A stretch of 55,852 bases of DNA, filler included, from Sandaracinaceae bacterium (GTDB taxonomy: Bacteria; Myxococcota_A; Polyangia; Polyangiales; JADJQN01), in the NCBI GenBank assembly GCA_947483975.1. It is 2 parts of 2 records of this genome, joined end to end, with 100 filler letters (N's around TTAATTAATTAA, not from the genome) between each part and the next. Parts side by side here need not be neighbours in the genome. Positions count along the whole stretch, not along the records: positions 28,043 to 55,852 come from CANKOL010000024.1; 1 more part is not named here. One strand, 5' to 3'. The translations under genes were made by a program, and so were the position numbers. Within the stretch, counting starts at the first letter, position 1. Each line of letters opens with the position of its first letter. The notes under the pieces are model-generated. The model saw only the letters and a program-made list of their open reading frames with translations, had not been told where the DNA came from and made no database searches. Positions 39,119-49,301 of this stretch are shown here, one piece after another.

Positions 39119-41701
39119 GTGAAGGCCACGAGCACCGACGCCCCGAAATCCGACGGTGGCGGCCCGGCACCCGACGGCGCTGCCGGCAGGCTCGCGCTCG
39201 CGAGGGCCATCGGCGAGGCGGAGGCAAATGTTCGCCGGCTGGACGCCGCGCACGGCGAAGCCAAGGCGCGCCTGGGTGCGCTGCGCGCTGAACTTGCGGA
39301 GCTCGACGCAAGGAGCGAGGCACCCGCCAAGTCCAAGACCGTCGCCCCGTCGAAGAATGAGCCGCGGACGCCGGCGGAGAAGGTGAAGCTGTTTCGCGAG
39401 CTGTTCCGCGGCCGGCCCGACGTCTATCCCACTCGCTTCGTCAGCAAGAAGACGGGGAAGGCTGGTTACGCTCCGGCCTGCTCGAACAAGTTCGTCCCCG
39501 GTGTCTGCGCGCTGCCGAAGGTGAAGTGCGGCGACTGCGCGAGGCAGGCGTTTCGCCCCGTCGACGATGCCGCGGTCGTCGCGCATCTCCAGGGCGAGCA
39601 CGTCATGGGCGTCTACGCGATGCTCCAGGACGAGACTTGCTGGTTTCTCGCGGTCGACTTCGACAAGAGCACTTGGATTGAGGATGCACGCGCGTTCGTA
39701 GAGACCGCGCGCCGCCTCGGACTCCCGGCGATCGTCGAGCGTTCGCGGTCCGGCAGTGGCGCGCATGTCTGGTTCTTCTTCGCATCGCCGGTCGCGGCGT
39801 CGACGGCGCGCAAGCTGGGCTGCCACCTCGTCACCGAGACGATGGCCCGCCGCCACGAGCTCGGGATGGAGTCCTACGACCGGCTCTTTCCAAGCCAGGA
39901 CACGATGCCGCGCGGCGGCTTTGGGAACTTGATCGCGCTGCCGCTCCAGCGCGGCCCGCGCAACGACGGCAACTCGGTGTTCCTCGACGACGACTTCGTC
40001 GCGCTCCCGGACGATCGGCAGTGGGCGTTCCTCGCGTCCGTCCAGCGCATCGAGCCCGCGCTGGTCGAGCGGATCGCTTCCGAAGCGACCCGCACTGGCA
40101 CTGTCGTCGGCGTGCGACTCGCGGAGCTGGAAGACGAGGACGAGGTCGCACCGTGGGCGCGCATGCCCTCGGGCAAGTCTCGCGTGGCTCGCATCACAGA
40201 GCCGCTGCCCGAGCGAATCTCGGCGGTTCTGGCGCAACGCCTGTTCGTCGAGAAGGCCGGTCTACCGTCGCCGTTCTTGAACGAGATGAAGCGACTCGCC
40301 GCCTTTCAGAATCCGGAGTTCTACAAGAAGCAGAGCATGCGTCTGTCCACCGCGATGACTCCGCGTGTGATCAGCTGCGCAGAGGATCTCCCGCGGCACC
40401 TGGTGTTGCCGCGCGGTTGCCAGAGCGCGCTCGAGGAGCTGCTGCGCACTCATGGCGCGACACTCGATTTGGACGATCAGCGAGTCGATGGGGCTCCGCT
40501 TGACGTGCGGTTCCAGGGCACTCTGACCGCCATTCAAGAACAAGCAGCGCGAGCTTTGCTCGCTCACGAGACGGGAGTGTTCGTGGCGCCGCCGGGCGTC
40601 GGCAAGACCGTCATCGGGACCTATCTCGTCGCCGCGCGCGCAGTGAGCACGTTGGTGCTCGTCCACCGCAGACCGCTCCTCGATCAGTGGGTCGCCCAGC
40701 TCTCCGTCTTCCTCGGCATCGACCCAAAGGACATAGGGCAGATCGGCGCTGGCAAGCGAGCGGCGACCGGTCGGCTCGACGTCGCGATGATCCAGAGTCT
40801 CGTCCGCAGAGAGTCCGCTGCAGACCTCGTCGCCGGCTACGGGCAGGTGATCGTCGATGAATGTCACCACCTGCCGGCGAGCTCGTTCGAGCGAGTTCTT
40901 GCCGAGATCAAGGCGCGCTACGTCGTCGGGCTGACGGCGACGCCGCAACGTCGCGATGGACACCACCCGATCACCCAGATGCAGCTCGGACCGGTGCGCT
41001 TCTCCATCGATGCCAAGTCGCAGGCAGGACGGCGCCCATTCGAGCACCGGCTCTTTGTCCGGGAGACGGCGTTCAGAATGCCGAGCTCCGAGGCGGCTTC
41101 GGGCATCCAGCAAATCTATGCCGCCCTCGCGCGGGACGAGCTCCGCAACGAGCTGGTCCTGAACGACGTGATCCGCGCGCTGGAGAGCGGCCGCTCACCG
41201 ATCCTGCTGACCGAGCGCAAGGATCACCTCGAGTACTTCGCAACGCGGCTCGAGCGCGTAGCCCGTCACGTCGTCGTCCTGCAGGGCGGTATGGGCGCCA
41301 AGGCGCACCGCGCCGTGCGGGCTCAGCTCGCGTCCATCCCCCCGAACGAGGAGCGACTCGTGCTCGCGACCGGGCGCTACATCGGCGAAGGGTTCGACGA
41401 CGCGCGTCTCGACACGCTCTTCTTGGCGATGCCCGTGTCGTGGAAAGGCACGCTCGTGCAGTACACGGGGCGGCTTCATCGCTTGCACCCTGGCAAGAGC
41501 GAGGTCCGCATCTTCGACTACGTGGATCGCGAGGTGCCGATGCTTCTGCGCATGTTCGAGAAGCGCCTCCGCGGCTACCGCGCCATCGGCTACGCACGCG
41601 GAGAGGCGCCGCTCGGGTACGTCGAACCGAGCGACGAGCGCGTGATCGAGTACGACGAAGACGTCGTCGCGAGCCGCAACCAGGACGACGACTTTGCGTG
41701 A
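39119..41701 (+). CDS. Archaeo-eukaryotic primase (TOTE-type) domain fused to SF2 DEAD/DEAH (ResIII-like) helicase
   Basis: LFRGRPDVY, Cys cluster, CWFLAVDFD, ERSRSGSGAHVW, GGFGNLIALPLQ; helicase APPGVGKT, DECHH, GLTAT, GEGFD, QYTGRLHR. Start GTG 39119 is uncertain. Confidence 0.85.
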   Translation: MKATSTDAPKSDGGGPAPDGAAGRLALARAIGEAEANVRRLDAAHGEAKARLGALRAELAELDARSEAPAKSKTVAPSKNEPRTPAEKVKLFRELFRGRPDVYPTRFVSKKTGKAGYAPACSNKFVPGVCALPKVKCGDCARQAFRPVDDAAVVAHLQGEHVMGVYAMLQDETCWFLAVDFDKSTWIEDARAFVETARRLGLPAIVERSRSGSGAHVWFFFASPVAASTARKLGCHLVTETMARRHELGMESYDRLFPSQDTMPRGGFGNLIALPLQRGPRNDGNSVFLDDDFVALPDDRQWAFLASVQRIEPALVERIASEATRTGTVVGVRLAELEDEDEVAPWARMPSGKSRVARITEPLPERISAVLAQRLFVEKAGLPSPFLNEMKRLAAFQNPEFYKKQSMRLSTAMTPRVISCAEDLPRHLVLPRGCQSALEELLRTHGATLDLDDQRVDGAPLDVRFQGTLTAIQEQAARALLAHETGVFVAPPGVGKTVIGTYLVAARAVSTLVLVHRRPLLDQWVAQLSVFLGIDPKDIGQIGAGKRAATGRLDVAMIQSLVRRESAADLVAGYGQVIVDECHHLPASSFERVLAEIKARYVVGLTATPQRRDGHHPITQMQLGPVRFSIDAKSQAGRRPFEHRLFVRETAFRMPSSEAASGIQQIYAALARDELRNELVLNDVIRALESGRSPILLTERKDHLEYFATRLERVARHVVVLQGGMGAKAHRAVRAQLASIPPNEERLVLATGRYIGEGFDDARLDTLFLAMPVSWKGTLVQYTGRLHRLHPGKSEVRIFDYVDREVPMLLRMFEKRLRGYRAIGYARGEAPLGYVEPSDERVIEYDEDVVASRNQDDDFA

Positions 41702-42224
41702 GAGGGCCGGCCGCACGACACGGCGAGCCGAGTCCGGAGCGCTGTGCAACACCGATGAACGTCAGCACGGCGGAGGCTCGCCTCTTGGAGCCGACGCAGC
41801 GCGATTCAAAGCCCGAAGCACCGACTCACCGATCGGGACCTCGGTCCCGGGGGTGCTCCATTCTCTGCATCGGCTATCCCGATACCGCCTACAATCCCCT
41901 CTTCATCAGAGCCGGGGCAGTTGCGAAGTGAGGAGTAGGCCGCCGCCCGAGTCCGCCAAAGAGTGACAGTTGAGGTTGACGAGGAGGCTCGCGTCCTAGT
42001 CGACCGAGCCTGCCAGGCGGGGCGACACTCTCGAACGCGACCTCGAGCTGGCTTGTGAGCGGGAGGCGGCGGAGCAGGCGCGGCGGCCCGCCGTGAGCGC
42101 CGACGGCGCGGGATCGACGAAGCCCGCGGTCCCCGCGAAGCCGACGAAGCGAAGGTCCCCGTGACGCCTGCTTCATGGTTCGGCAGGTAGAACTCATCCG
42201 CTGCGCCTGCTACCGCTCCGCTCG

Positions 42225-43022
42225 ATGGCAAAGCCCAAGACACCCTGGCACGCGCTCCTGCCGGGCGGCATGAAGCCCGCCGCCTACTCCCTCGACGAGC
42301 TGCGCGCCGCGAAGCAGGCCCACGGGTTCTTGACTGAGAAGATCTCCGGACCGGAGGGCATCGCGTACTTCATCCGCAGCTTTCGATACTTGCTGTTCTT
42401 CGGGATCGCTTGCGTCGCGGAGGATAAGTACCCGCCGCTGACGCGGTGCTGGAGAGACTTGGAGAAGCTCTTCATGCACGACCCAGCCTTCGACGACGAC
42501 CTCTTCGTGCAGAGCTGGATTCTGTTCGACTTCCCGTTCGGGCCGCAGCGGCAGACTGCCCTCGACTACTTCGAGGAGTTCTTGAAGCAGACCGACGTCG
42601 GGCCGCAGCTTCAGCCGTTCATCAAGGAGGCGCGCAGGAGCCGCCTCGGGCTTCATCAAGACGTGATGCACACGAAGAAGGTCGCCAAGCTCCGCGAACT
42701 CTTCACGGGCAACGTGACCTCGGCAGTGCAGTCAGTGGAGGAGTACGGCAAGGGCGAGATATTGCTGATCCGCACGTTGGCCTAGCGCGACGAAGTCTTC
42801 ATGTTCGGTGACCCCAAAGGCTTCCCGAAGGAGGCCAAGAGCCAGATCGAGGAGATGGTCGAGGACAAGCTCGTGTACTTCGACGACGGCAGCCCAACAG
42901 CGGTGCAGTACGAGGCGTTCATGAAGCTCGCTGGGCCGTACTGGATGTCTTGCGTCACGAAGAACGACGCAATGCCGATCCTCGCGCCTGACCACTACCT
43001 CACCTATTTGAAACGTCGGTAG
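42225..43022 (+). pseudogene. Hypothetical gene interrupted by one in-frame TAG (42783-42785)
   Basis: ORFs 42225-42785 and 42801-43022 are in the same frame: ...LIRTLA*RDEVFMFGDPKG... Confidence 0.7.
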
Positions 43023-43059
43023 CGAGAGGGCGCCTTGGCCAGCCAGCCGCCTCCGCGCA

Positions 43060-43861
43060 TCACGCCTTCAGCCGGTACGCCTTCTCGATCACCGAAGCCA
43101 TGTCTGGACCCTTCCAGTACGGCTCGATCCAGCGCAGGCCTTGCTCAGTCCAGCTCTTCGCCGGGCGCCGCCAGTGCCCCCGCACCATGAAGCGCGCGAA
43201 GAGGGTGCCACCATCAGGCGCTCGCTGAAGCTCCCGGAGCTGGCGCACCTGGCGGATATCGTTCTTGCCGGGGAGAAAGAACACCGACTCCGAGTGCGGC
43301 GTCGGCTGCGGTGAGCGCGGGGAGCGCTTGCGCGGCCCGATGGTCCTCACCTGCGACGTCCAAGTCGGTGTTCTCGAGCATGAACGACGGCCCCGCATCC
43401 ACCCAGAACGCCTTGCGGCGGCGCAGGTCGAAGTTGACCGGCAGCGTGATGTGGGGAGTCGCGTATATGCTCTCTTTACCGGAGTCGTTCTCCGACGGGC
43501 GGTCCCGACGCAGGAAGCGCTGGAGCTCGAGATCGTGTCGAAGCTCGTTCTCTCCCAGCGTCGTCGACGTCTCCGAGAACGAGGGCAACGCACGAGCCCG
43601 CTCCGCACACGCGCGGCTCGCATCACCGCTCCCAGGGGCGCGCTCGGCTACCCGCTCGTGGGCCAACGGCGCTGGACACGAGGCGTCCGCTTCGGTCGCG
43701 AGCCCGAGGTCCGCCCACATCCACGACGGGTCATAGGCGGGCTGCCAGTCCTTGAGAGCACGCTCGTATATGCCCTCGAGGCCGTGGATGAGATCCTCGA
43801 CGCGCGAGCGCAGGCTCAGGTTCTTGGCGGCCCTTCAGCGGCGCGACACCGTGCTGATCAC
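43060..43861 (-). pseudogene. Degraded gene with C-terminal VRGHWRR...WIEPYWKG motif
   Basis: GTG overlaps the jetD stop; in-frame TGA at 43835-43837; frame switch near 43345; C-terminal FMVRGHWRRPAKSWTEQGLRWIEPYWKGP. Confidence 0.55.
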
Positions 43862-45129
43862 AGATCCGCGAGCAGGGCATTCAGCACGAGCTCCTCCTGC
43901 ACTGCTATTCCGCGCTCGCTCATCGCGGCGGCGAGGTTCTGGTCCCAGCTCGCGTCGACGGGAGCGCCGTCCAGCACCGCGCCTCGCGGCGCCAGTCGGT
44001 AGTCGTCGGTGCCGAAGTGCCAAGGGAGGGCGCCGTGCCGCGCCATGATCAGGTTGGCGATGCGGAGTCCGGCCCAGTCGAAGTCTCCATGGTAGTGGAG
44101 GCGCGCGCCGGCGGCGGTGAGCTGGTTGAGGAGCGTGCGCACGGCCGTGGAGGGCTGGCCCTCCGTACACACGAGAGCGGCGCAGCTCGCTTTACGGCGC
44201 GTCGCCGCGGCAGAGACGACAGAGGGATTCTCGCAGACGAAGACGTTGAATGCGCCGTTCGGCTCGCCGCTCGAAGAGACGTTTTGCGGACGCGCCTCGA
44301 ATCGCGCGGAATCGCGCTGAAGCTGGCGAAGGCTGAGGCGGTATGGCTCACCTGCGTCGGTGTGCAGACGCAGCGCGTGATCCGTCAGAGTGTCACCCAC
44401 AGCCCATAGGCCAAGTGTGAGCGCGCCAGAGCTCAGGTCGTCGCATAACACTCCCGCGCTCGCCCAGACCTCGCGGCGCTCGGCGGCGTCATCCCACCGC
44501 GCGGCGCCGCCCACGAGCGCTGCAGCGCGCAGGACGAGCGTCGAGAGCGCCCCGCCCGCATCGAGCGCGTGCGCGTCGCCCGTCGCGTCCGCCGCGAACT
44601 CGGCCAACATGATTCCGTCGAGCGGGAGGCGAAGGGCAAGGTCGACGGCGTGAAGCAGCGTCTCGCTGCCGACCTGCGGATCGTTCTTCGTCAGTCGAGA
44701 GAGGAGGCCTGTGTCGCGCAGGTCGCACAGCCAGCGCTCGAGGGCAGGCCGGCCTTCGACGCGGAGCGCGGCGGTCGAGAATCCTTCGGCCCAGCGCGAG
44801 CGCACGCGATCGCGCGCCGCCCGGCGGTCGTCGATGGGACCGTGCAGAGTCTCCACGGCGTCGCGCAGATCGAGGCACAGGTCGGCACGCTGGAGAAGTT
44901 GCTCGAGCTCGACCAGGTCGACCGTGAGGCTTGCCCCACGACACGGGCGCCCGAAGAGTCGTAGAAGCGCAGCGCGTTGCTCGGGCGTGGGCTGGCGAAG
45001 GGACACTCGACCGGTCAGCGGCTCTCCGCGCTCGAGCCGCTCTCGGAGGCGCGCGACGAGCCACGCAAGGCCCGGTGTGTCGAGCACCTGGCGCAGTCGA
45101 GGCTCGCGCTCGCCGCGAAGGGCCGTCAT
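43858..45129 (-). CDS. jetD: Wadjet type II JetD (TIGR02679-like Toprim nuclease)
   Basis: GDAHALD, WASAGVLCDDLS, VFVCENPSVV, LVCTEGQP, YHGDFDWAG, QEELVLNALLADL; ATGA overlap with jetC. Confidence 0.9.
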   Translation of the reverse strand: MTALRGEREPRLRQVLDTPGLAWLVARLRERLERGEPLTGRVSLRQPTPEQRAALLRLFGRPCRGASLTVDLVELEQLLQRADLCLDLRDAVETLHGPIDDRRAARDRVRSRWAEGFSTAALRVEGRPALERWLCDLRDTGLLSRLTKNDPQVGSETLLHAVDLALRLPLDGIMLAEFAADATGDAHALDAGGALSTLVLRAAALVGGAARWDDAAERREVWASAGVLCDDLSSGALTLGLWAVGDTLTDHALRLHTDAGEPYRLSLRQLQRDSARFEARPQNVSSSGEPNGAFNVFVCENPSVVSAAATRRKASCAALVCTEGQPSTAVRTLLNQLTAAGARLHYHGDFDWAGLRIANLIMARHGALPWHFGTDDYRLAPRGAVLDGAPVDASWDQNLAAAMSERGIAVQEELVLNALLADL

Positions 45130-48100
45130 GTGGCGCCTCGCGCAGGGGCCGCAGGCGGGAGCGGCGCGTCGTCGCGGATGCGTTGACGTCCGTTCCAGAT
45201 CCACCGCGTCACGGCGACCGCATCCATGTTGGGGCGAGTGGAGAGCTGCGAGATGGCCACTCCCGGCAAGGTGTCGTAGCAGCACCACTCCCGCTCGCTC
45301 GTCATGACGAAGTCGAGGTCGAAGGCCGCCAGCAATCCCATGCATTTCCGGCGCATGTCCGAGTCGATGCCGACGAACGCCTCGTCCAGCAGGATCAGGC
45401 GCGGTGCGAGCGGGCTCGCGCCCGCGTACGTAGCGGCCGCCGCGGCGAACTGCGGGATCGTGAGCGCGATGGCCTTCTCGCCGCTCGAGCCGGTGCCGTG
45501 TGTGCGGCGCGTGAGGCGAACCCAGCGCCCTTCTTGTTGTCGTTCGACGGCGAAGCGGTGCCAGGCGCGGTAGTCGAGCCCGCGCACCAGCTGCTCCTGC
45601 CAGGTCGAAGTGTCGTCTGCGGCGCGCACCGCCTTGATCTGACGCTGAAGAAACTCGCCCACCTTCTGGCGCTCTGCCGGAGACCACGTCCCCGCCGACC
45701 GCAAGAGCCTCGCGCGGACGTCGCTGAAGCCCGCAGGGCCATCGTCGACCGGCTCCCAGATGAAGCGCAGCGTCATGCCGGTGCTCGTGGGCAGGCGCTC
45801 GATCTCCGCGTTGATGCCGTCCACGCGCTCGGCGGCCTCGTGGAGCAGATCGTGCAGACGAGCCGCGACCTCACCGAGCAGGTGATTCTCGATGACCTCG
45901 CGCTCGCGCGCGTCGAGCACAGACTGTCGAGTGGCCACCTCGCCCGATAGCGCGTCGCGGAGGCGCGGCATCAAGAGAATCTGCCCCTGGAACGTGATTC
46001 GCACGACGAGGAGGTCGTCCTCCTGCGTGACGTCGGGCGGATAGCCGTGCTCGATGAGGCTCTCGCTCAGCAGCTGCACGTGCTTGTGAATCCCGCCCTG
46101 CGCCTTGTCCCAAGCGAGCTCGTCGCTCTGCACAGCGGACAAGCGCGACTCGACGCGGCGCGCGACCTCGACAGCGCGCGTGACCGACCAGCCCGCAGCG
46201 TCGTCGTCGGACTCATCGCCCGCGACGGTCAGCAGTCCGCTCTGTGAGAGGCGCGCGAGTCGGCTGATCGCCGCTGCCCGAGCGCTCGTATGACCTTCGA
46301 GAGACTGTAGAAGATGTACGCGCACGGCCTCTGACTGGATCGTGAGATCGTGCGCTTTACCGGCTTCCTTCTGCGCGCCTGTCGCGTCCGCGCGAATGGC
46401 GGCGAGGCGAGCGCGCGCGGCGTCGAGGCGACTGAGCACGTCGCGGATAGCGGCTCCGAGAACGGATTCCAGCGTCTGCAGCTCCGAGGCTGTTGCGCGC
46501 GACAACGTCTCCTTCGCGTTCCAGTCCTCTGCGCGGCGCGTCGCCGTCTCCTCGGCCTCGAGTAGATTCCGCCTGGTCCGCTCCGCGGCATCGAGCGCCC
46601 GCGCCTGGTCGCGCGCGTGCAGCCAGAGCGGTCCGATGGCGCCCTTGTAGTTCGCGATCGCCGCGTCGAGGTCTTCGAGTCGATCGACCCACCGCTCGAC
46701 GCCGAGGTCTCGCGCCGCCTCGAGCCGGACGCGCTCGGCGTGTAGAAGCCGCTCCTTGCACTCGAGCATTCGGCGCTCGGCGTCCGTCACCCTTACGCGC
46801 AGCGCGGCGACGCGCGTGACCGCCGCAAAGCGCTCGGCGAGGCACCGCCGGAGCTCGGCGTCGCCGGGAGCGCGCCGCACCTCGGCGTCGGCGCGCGCAG
46901 TGCGACGGTCAATCTCACGGAGCTCGGCGCTGAGCCGCTCAAGCTCGTTCAGCGCGGCCTGTAGCTCCTCGGCGAGCGCGGCGAGGCGCCGCTTGCGCGC
47001 GGCCTCGCGAGCGCCCCCTCCGAGGTGCTCCGCGACTGTCTTCATGTGTGATCCGTGAAGAGGGCCGAGCTGCCAGCGCCCGGACCCGTCTACCCACGCC
47101 GTGCCGGCCCCTTGCCGCGCGCCGATATGGCGGAGCAGCGCTTCGATCACGGGGTCGGTGAGCAGCGCCACCGCAGGATCCGTCGGGTCAATCGCGGGCA
47201 CGAGCAGAGTGCCGAGGTGGAACTCGCCGGCGCGCGCGCTCGTGTCGGGCAGAAGAAGCGTGTCGGAGCTCCCCGCGTCGAGCACGCGCCCGTCCGGCGT
47301 GATCCAGGCGTCGAGTAGTCCCGCGGCTTCGAGGGCGGCCTCGACGCCAGCGCGAACAGGGTCGGCGATCTCAGGCCGGAAGTCGCAAAGCCGCCACAGG
47401 GGCGCGCCGGGGCGACCGAGTCGTGCCGCTGGGTCGCGCGTAGGCGGCGGCGACGGCGGCTGGTGCACGCCTTGGCTGAGACGCGCCTGTTCGTCGCGAA
47501 GCCCGCGCACCACGAGATCGTGCGCGCTTCGGCGTGCTTCGACGGCCGCTCGTTCACCGGCGAGCCGCGCAAACGCTGGGCGCTGAAGCGCGCGTATCGC
47601 GACGCCTACGGGGCTGTCTCCGTTCGGGCTCTCACACCAGCTCTCCAGCGCGACCTCGACGTCGTCGGGGGTCCACTCGACGTTCGATGAGTCGACTTCG
47701 ACGGTCGACGACGCGATGGGCGCGAGCTCTTCGAGGCCGCGAAACCAATCTCCATACGCGAGTCCGAGCGCCTCGCGCTGTGACTCGGCCTGGGCGTGCG
47801 CGGCCCGTTCGGATTCCCGCGCTTCGTCGAGCTGGCCCGCGACGTGCTGCTGATCGAGACTCGCGCGCTCGTGGGTTTGGCGCGCACGGTCCACCTCACG
47901 CGAGCGCTCGCGCAAGTGGGTCGCTGCAGCCCGTCGTCGCTCGATGATCGTCTGCGTCGCGGCCTCGCCGTGCTTCCGCTCGTGGGGCTCGCGCAGGTCT
48001 CTGCCGAGCGCGCGATCGTGGTCGAGCTCGACGCCGAGCGTGACTGCCGCTGTGCGCGCCTCTGCGGCAGAGCGCGAGAGCGACTCGTCCGCGTCCCGGT

Positions 48101-49301
48101 GTTGATAGACGGCACTCTCGTGCTCGTCGCGCGCTCGGATCACGGTCGCCCGGCTGCGCTCGAGCTCGTGCGCTGCCTTCTGGGCAGCGTCGGTATGCGC
48201 CTGCGAGGTCCCGCGAAGGCGATCGAGGTTCTCCGCGCCGCGCATCTCCGGGCTCTGCTGGAGCGCGCGCTCTTCCGCGAGGGCGGCGGACTCATCGTGC
48301 CCGAGCTGAAGCAGCTGAGCGTCGAGCTCCGCGCGTCTGCGGGTGGCTGCCTCGAGCTGCTCTTGCGTCGCCCGGAGGTCGCGCTGAACGTCCTCATAGG
48401 CAGAGTGCGCGCGGCGCACGACCTCGGCGCGCCTCCGCGCCGCGATGCGGGAGTAGCGCGCGTATTCCTCGAGAAACGAGGCAACGCTCCCCTCTGCCAC
48501 CCGGTAGCGCTCGAGCTCGCCACGGTCCGCTTCGAGGCTGCGGAAGGACTCTGCGACGTCCGCGAGGACGCTCTCCGGCAGCGGGCGCAGCGCCTGCGAC
48601 AGAGCGTCGGAGAGCTGACGCTCGTCGAGTTGACGCGAGAGCTGTGGTTTTCGGAGCTGAATCAAGAGATCGACGAGCGCCGCGTAGCGCTGCTCGCCGA
48701 GTCCGAAGAGCGCCCGATCCACTGCGGCGCGATACGCGCTCGCCGCCGTATAGACCTGCCCGTGCTCCCCTATCGCGTCCACGAGCGCCGCGCGGCCAAG
48801 CGCCGCGCCTGCCGTGCTCTGCAAGTACAGGTCGCGCCCAATCCGCTGCTTCGTGATGAAGAACCACTTGTCCGCCACGCCGCGGCCCGCGACCGCGCTG
48901 AGGCCGCAGCCAATCGTCAGGTACTGCTCGGAACCATCCTCCTGCAGCCGCCCGAACTCGAGCCAGGTATAGCCGAGACGGTCCTTGTGGCGATTCATCA
49001 GGAGGTTCCACTCCATCCTCTTGGCCGGGTCGCCATCAGGCTCGACTCGATGGGAGGCAATGTCACCGTCGAGCAAGAAGGGCAGTTGAAGCGCGAGCAC
49101 CCGCGACTTGCCCGTGCCGTTGTTGCCGCGCAAGAGCAGATGCCCCTGCTCGTAGCGGAACTCCTCAGAATCGTAGCGATAGAGGTTGAGGAGGCCTCCG
49201 CGGGTCGGCTGCCAGCGCTTCAGCTGCGCGACGGGGAGCCGCGTTACGCCGTCCTCCGGCCCCGCGTCGTTCGCCTGCGTCGGGTCGTCTGCGAACATCA
49301 T
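45126..49301 (-). CDS. jetC: Wadjet type II JetC (TIGR02680-like SMC ATPase)
   Basis: LLLRGNNGTGKS Walker A, LRKPQLS, long coiled coils, hinge GAPLWRLCDF..EAALEAAGLLDAWI, LDYRAWH, signature GSSGE, Walker B LILLDEAF; ATGA overlap with jetB. Confidence 0.93.
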   Translation of the reverse strand: MMFADDPTQANDAGPEDGVTRLPVAQLKRWQPTRGGLLNLYRYDSEEFRYEQGHLLLRGNNGTGKSRVLALQLPFLLDGDIASHRVEPDGDPAKRMEWNLLMNRHKDRLGYTWLEFGRLQEDGSEQYLTIGCGLSAVAGRGVADKWFFITKQRIGRDLYLQSTAGAALGRAALVDAIGEHGQVYTAASAYRAAVDRALFGLGEQRYAALVDLLIQLRKPQLSRQLDERQLSDALSQALRPLPESVLADVAESFRSLEADRGELERYRVAEGSVASFLEEYARYSRIAARRRAEVVRRAHSAYEDVQRDLRATQEQLEAATRRRAELDAQLLQLGHDESAALAEERALQQSPEMRGAENLDRLRGTSQAHTDAAQKAAHELERSRATVIRARDEHESAVYQHRDADESLSRSAAEARTAAVTLGVELDHDRALGRDLREPHERKHGEAATQTIIERRRAAATHLRERSREVDRARQTHERASLDQQHVAGQLDEARESERAAHAQAESQREALGLAYGDWFRGLEELAPIASSTVEVDSSNVEWTPDDVEVALESWCESPNGDSPVGVAIRALQRPAFARLAGERAAVEARRSAHDLVVRGLRDEQARLSQGVHQPPSPPPTRDPAARLGRPGAPLWRLCDFRPEIADPVRAGVEAALEAAGLLDAWITPDGRVLDAGSSDTLLLPDTSARAGEFHLGTLLVPAIDPTDPAVALLTDPVIEALLRHIGARQGAGTAWVDGSGRWQLGPLHGSHMKTVAEHLGGGAREAARKRRLAALAEELQAALNELERLSAELREIDRRTARADAEVRRAPGDAELRRCLAERFAAVTRVAALRVRVTDAERRMLECKERLLHAERVRLEAARDLGVERWVDRLEDLDAAIANYKGAIGPLWLHARDQARALDAAERTRRNLLEAEETATRRAEDWNAKETLSRATASELQTLESVLGAAIRDVLSRLDAARARLAAIRADATGAQKEAGKAHDLTIQSEAVRVHLLQSLEGHTSARAAAISRLARLSQSGLLTVAGDESDDDAAGWSVTRAVEVARRVESRLSAVQSDELAWDKAQGGIHKHVQLLSESLIEHGYPPDVTQEDDLLVVRITFQGQILLMPRLRDALSGEVATRQSVLDAREREVIENHLLGEVAARLHDLLHEAAERVDGINAEIERLPTSTGMTLRFIWEPVDDGPAGFSDVRARLLRSAGTWSPAERQKVGEFLQRQIKAVRAADDTSTWQEQLVRGLDYRAWHRFAVERQQEGRWVRLTRRTHGTGSSGEKAIALTIPQFAAAAATYAGASPLAPRLILLDEAFVGIDSDMRRKCMGLLAAFDLDFVMTSEREWCCYDTLPGVAISQLSTRPNMDAVAVTRWIWNGRQRIRDDAPLPPAAPARGAT

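Noticed and set aside
41866..41931. dnaA gene (AYNPLFI)
   Set aside because: Seven-residue match with no Walker A following; at most debris.
42783..42785. Pyrrolysine or genome-wide amber recoding
   Set aside because: TAG is used as a normal stop elsewhere (e.g. 13186, 18868, 43022) and no pyl genes are present.
43835..43837. Selenocysteine TGA
   Set aside because: No redox motif context or evident SECIS, and the same gene also has a frameshift.
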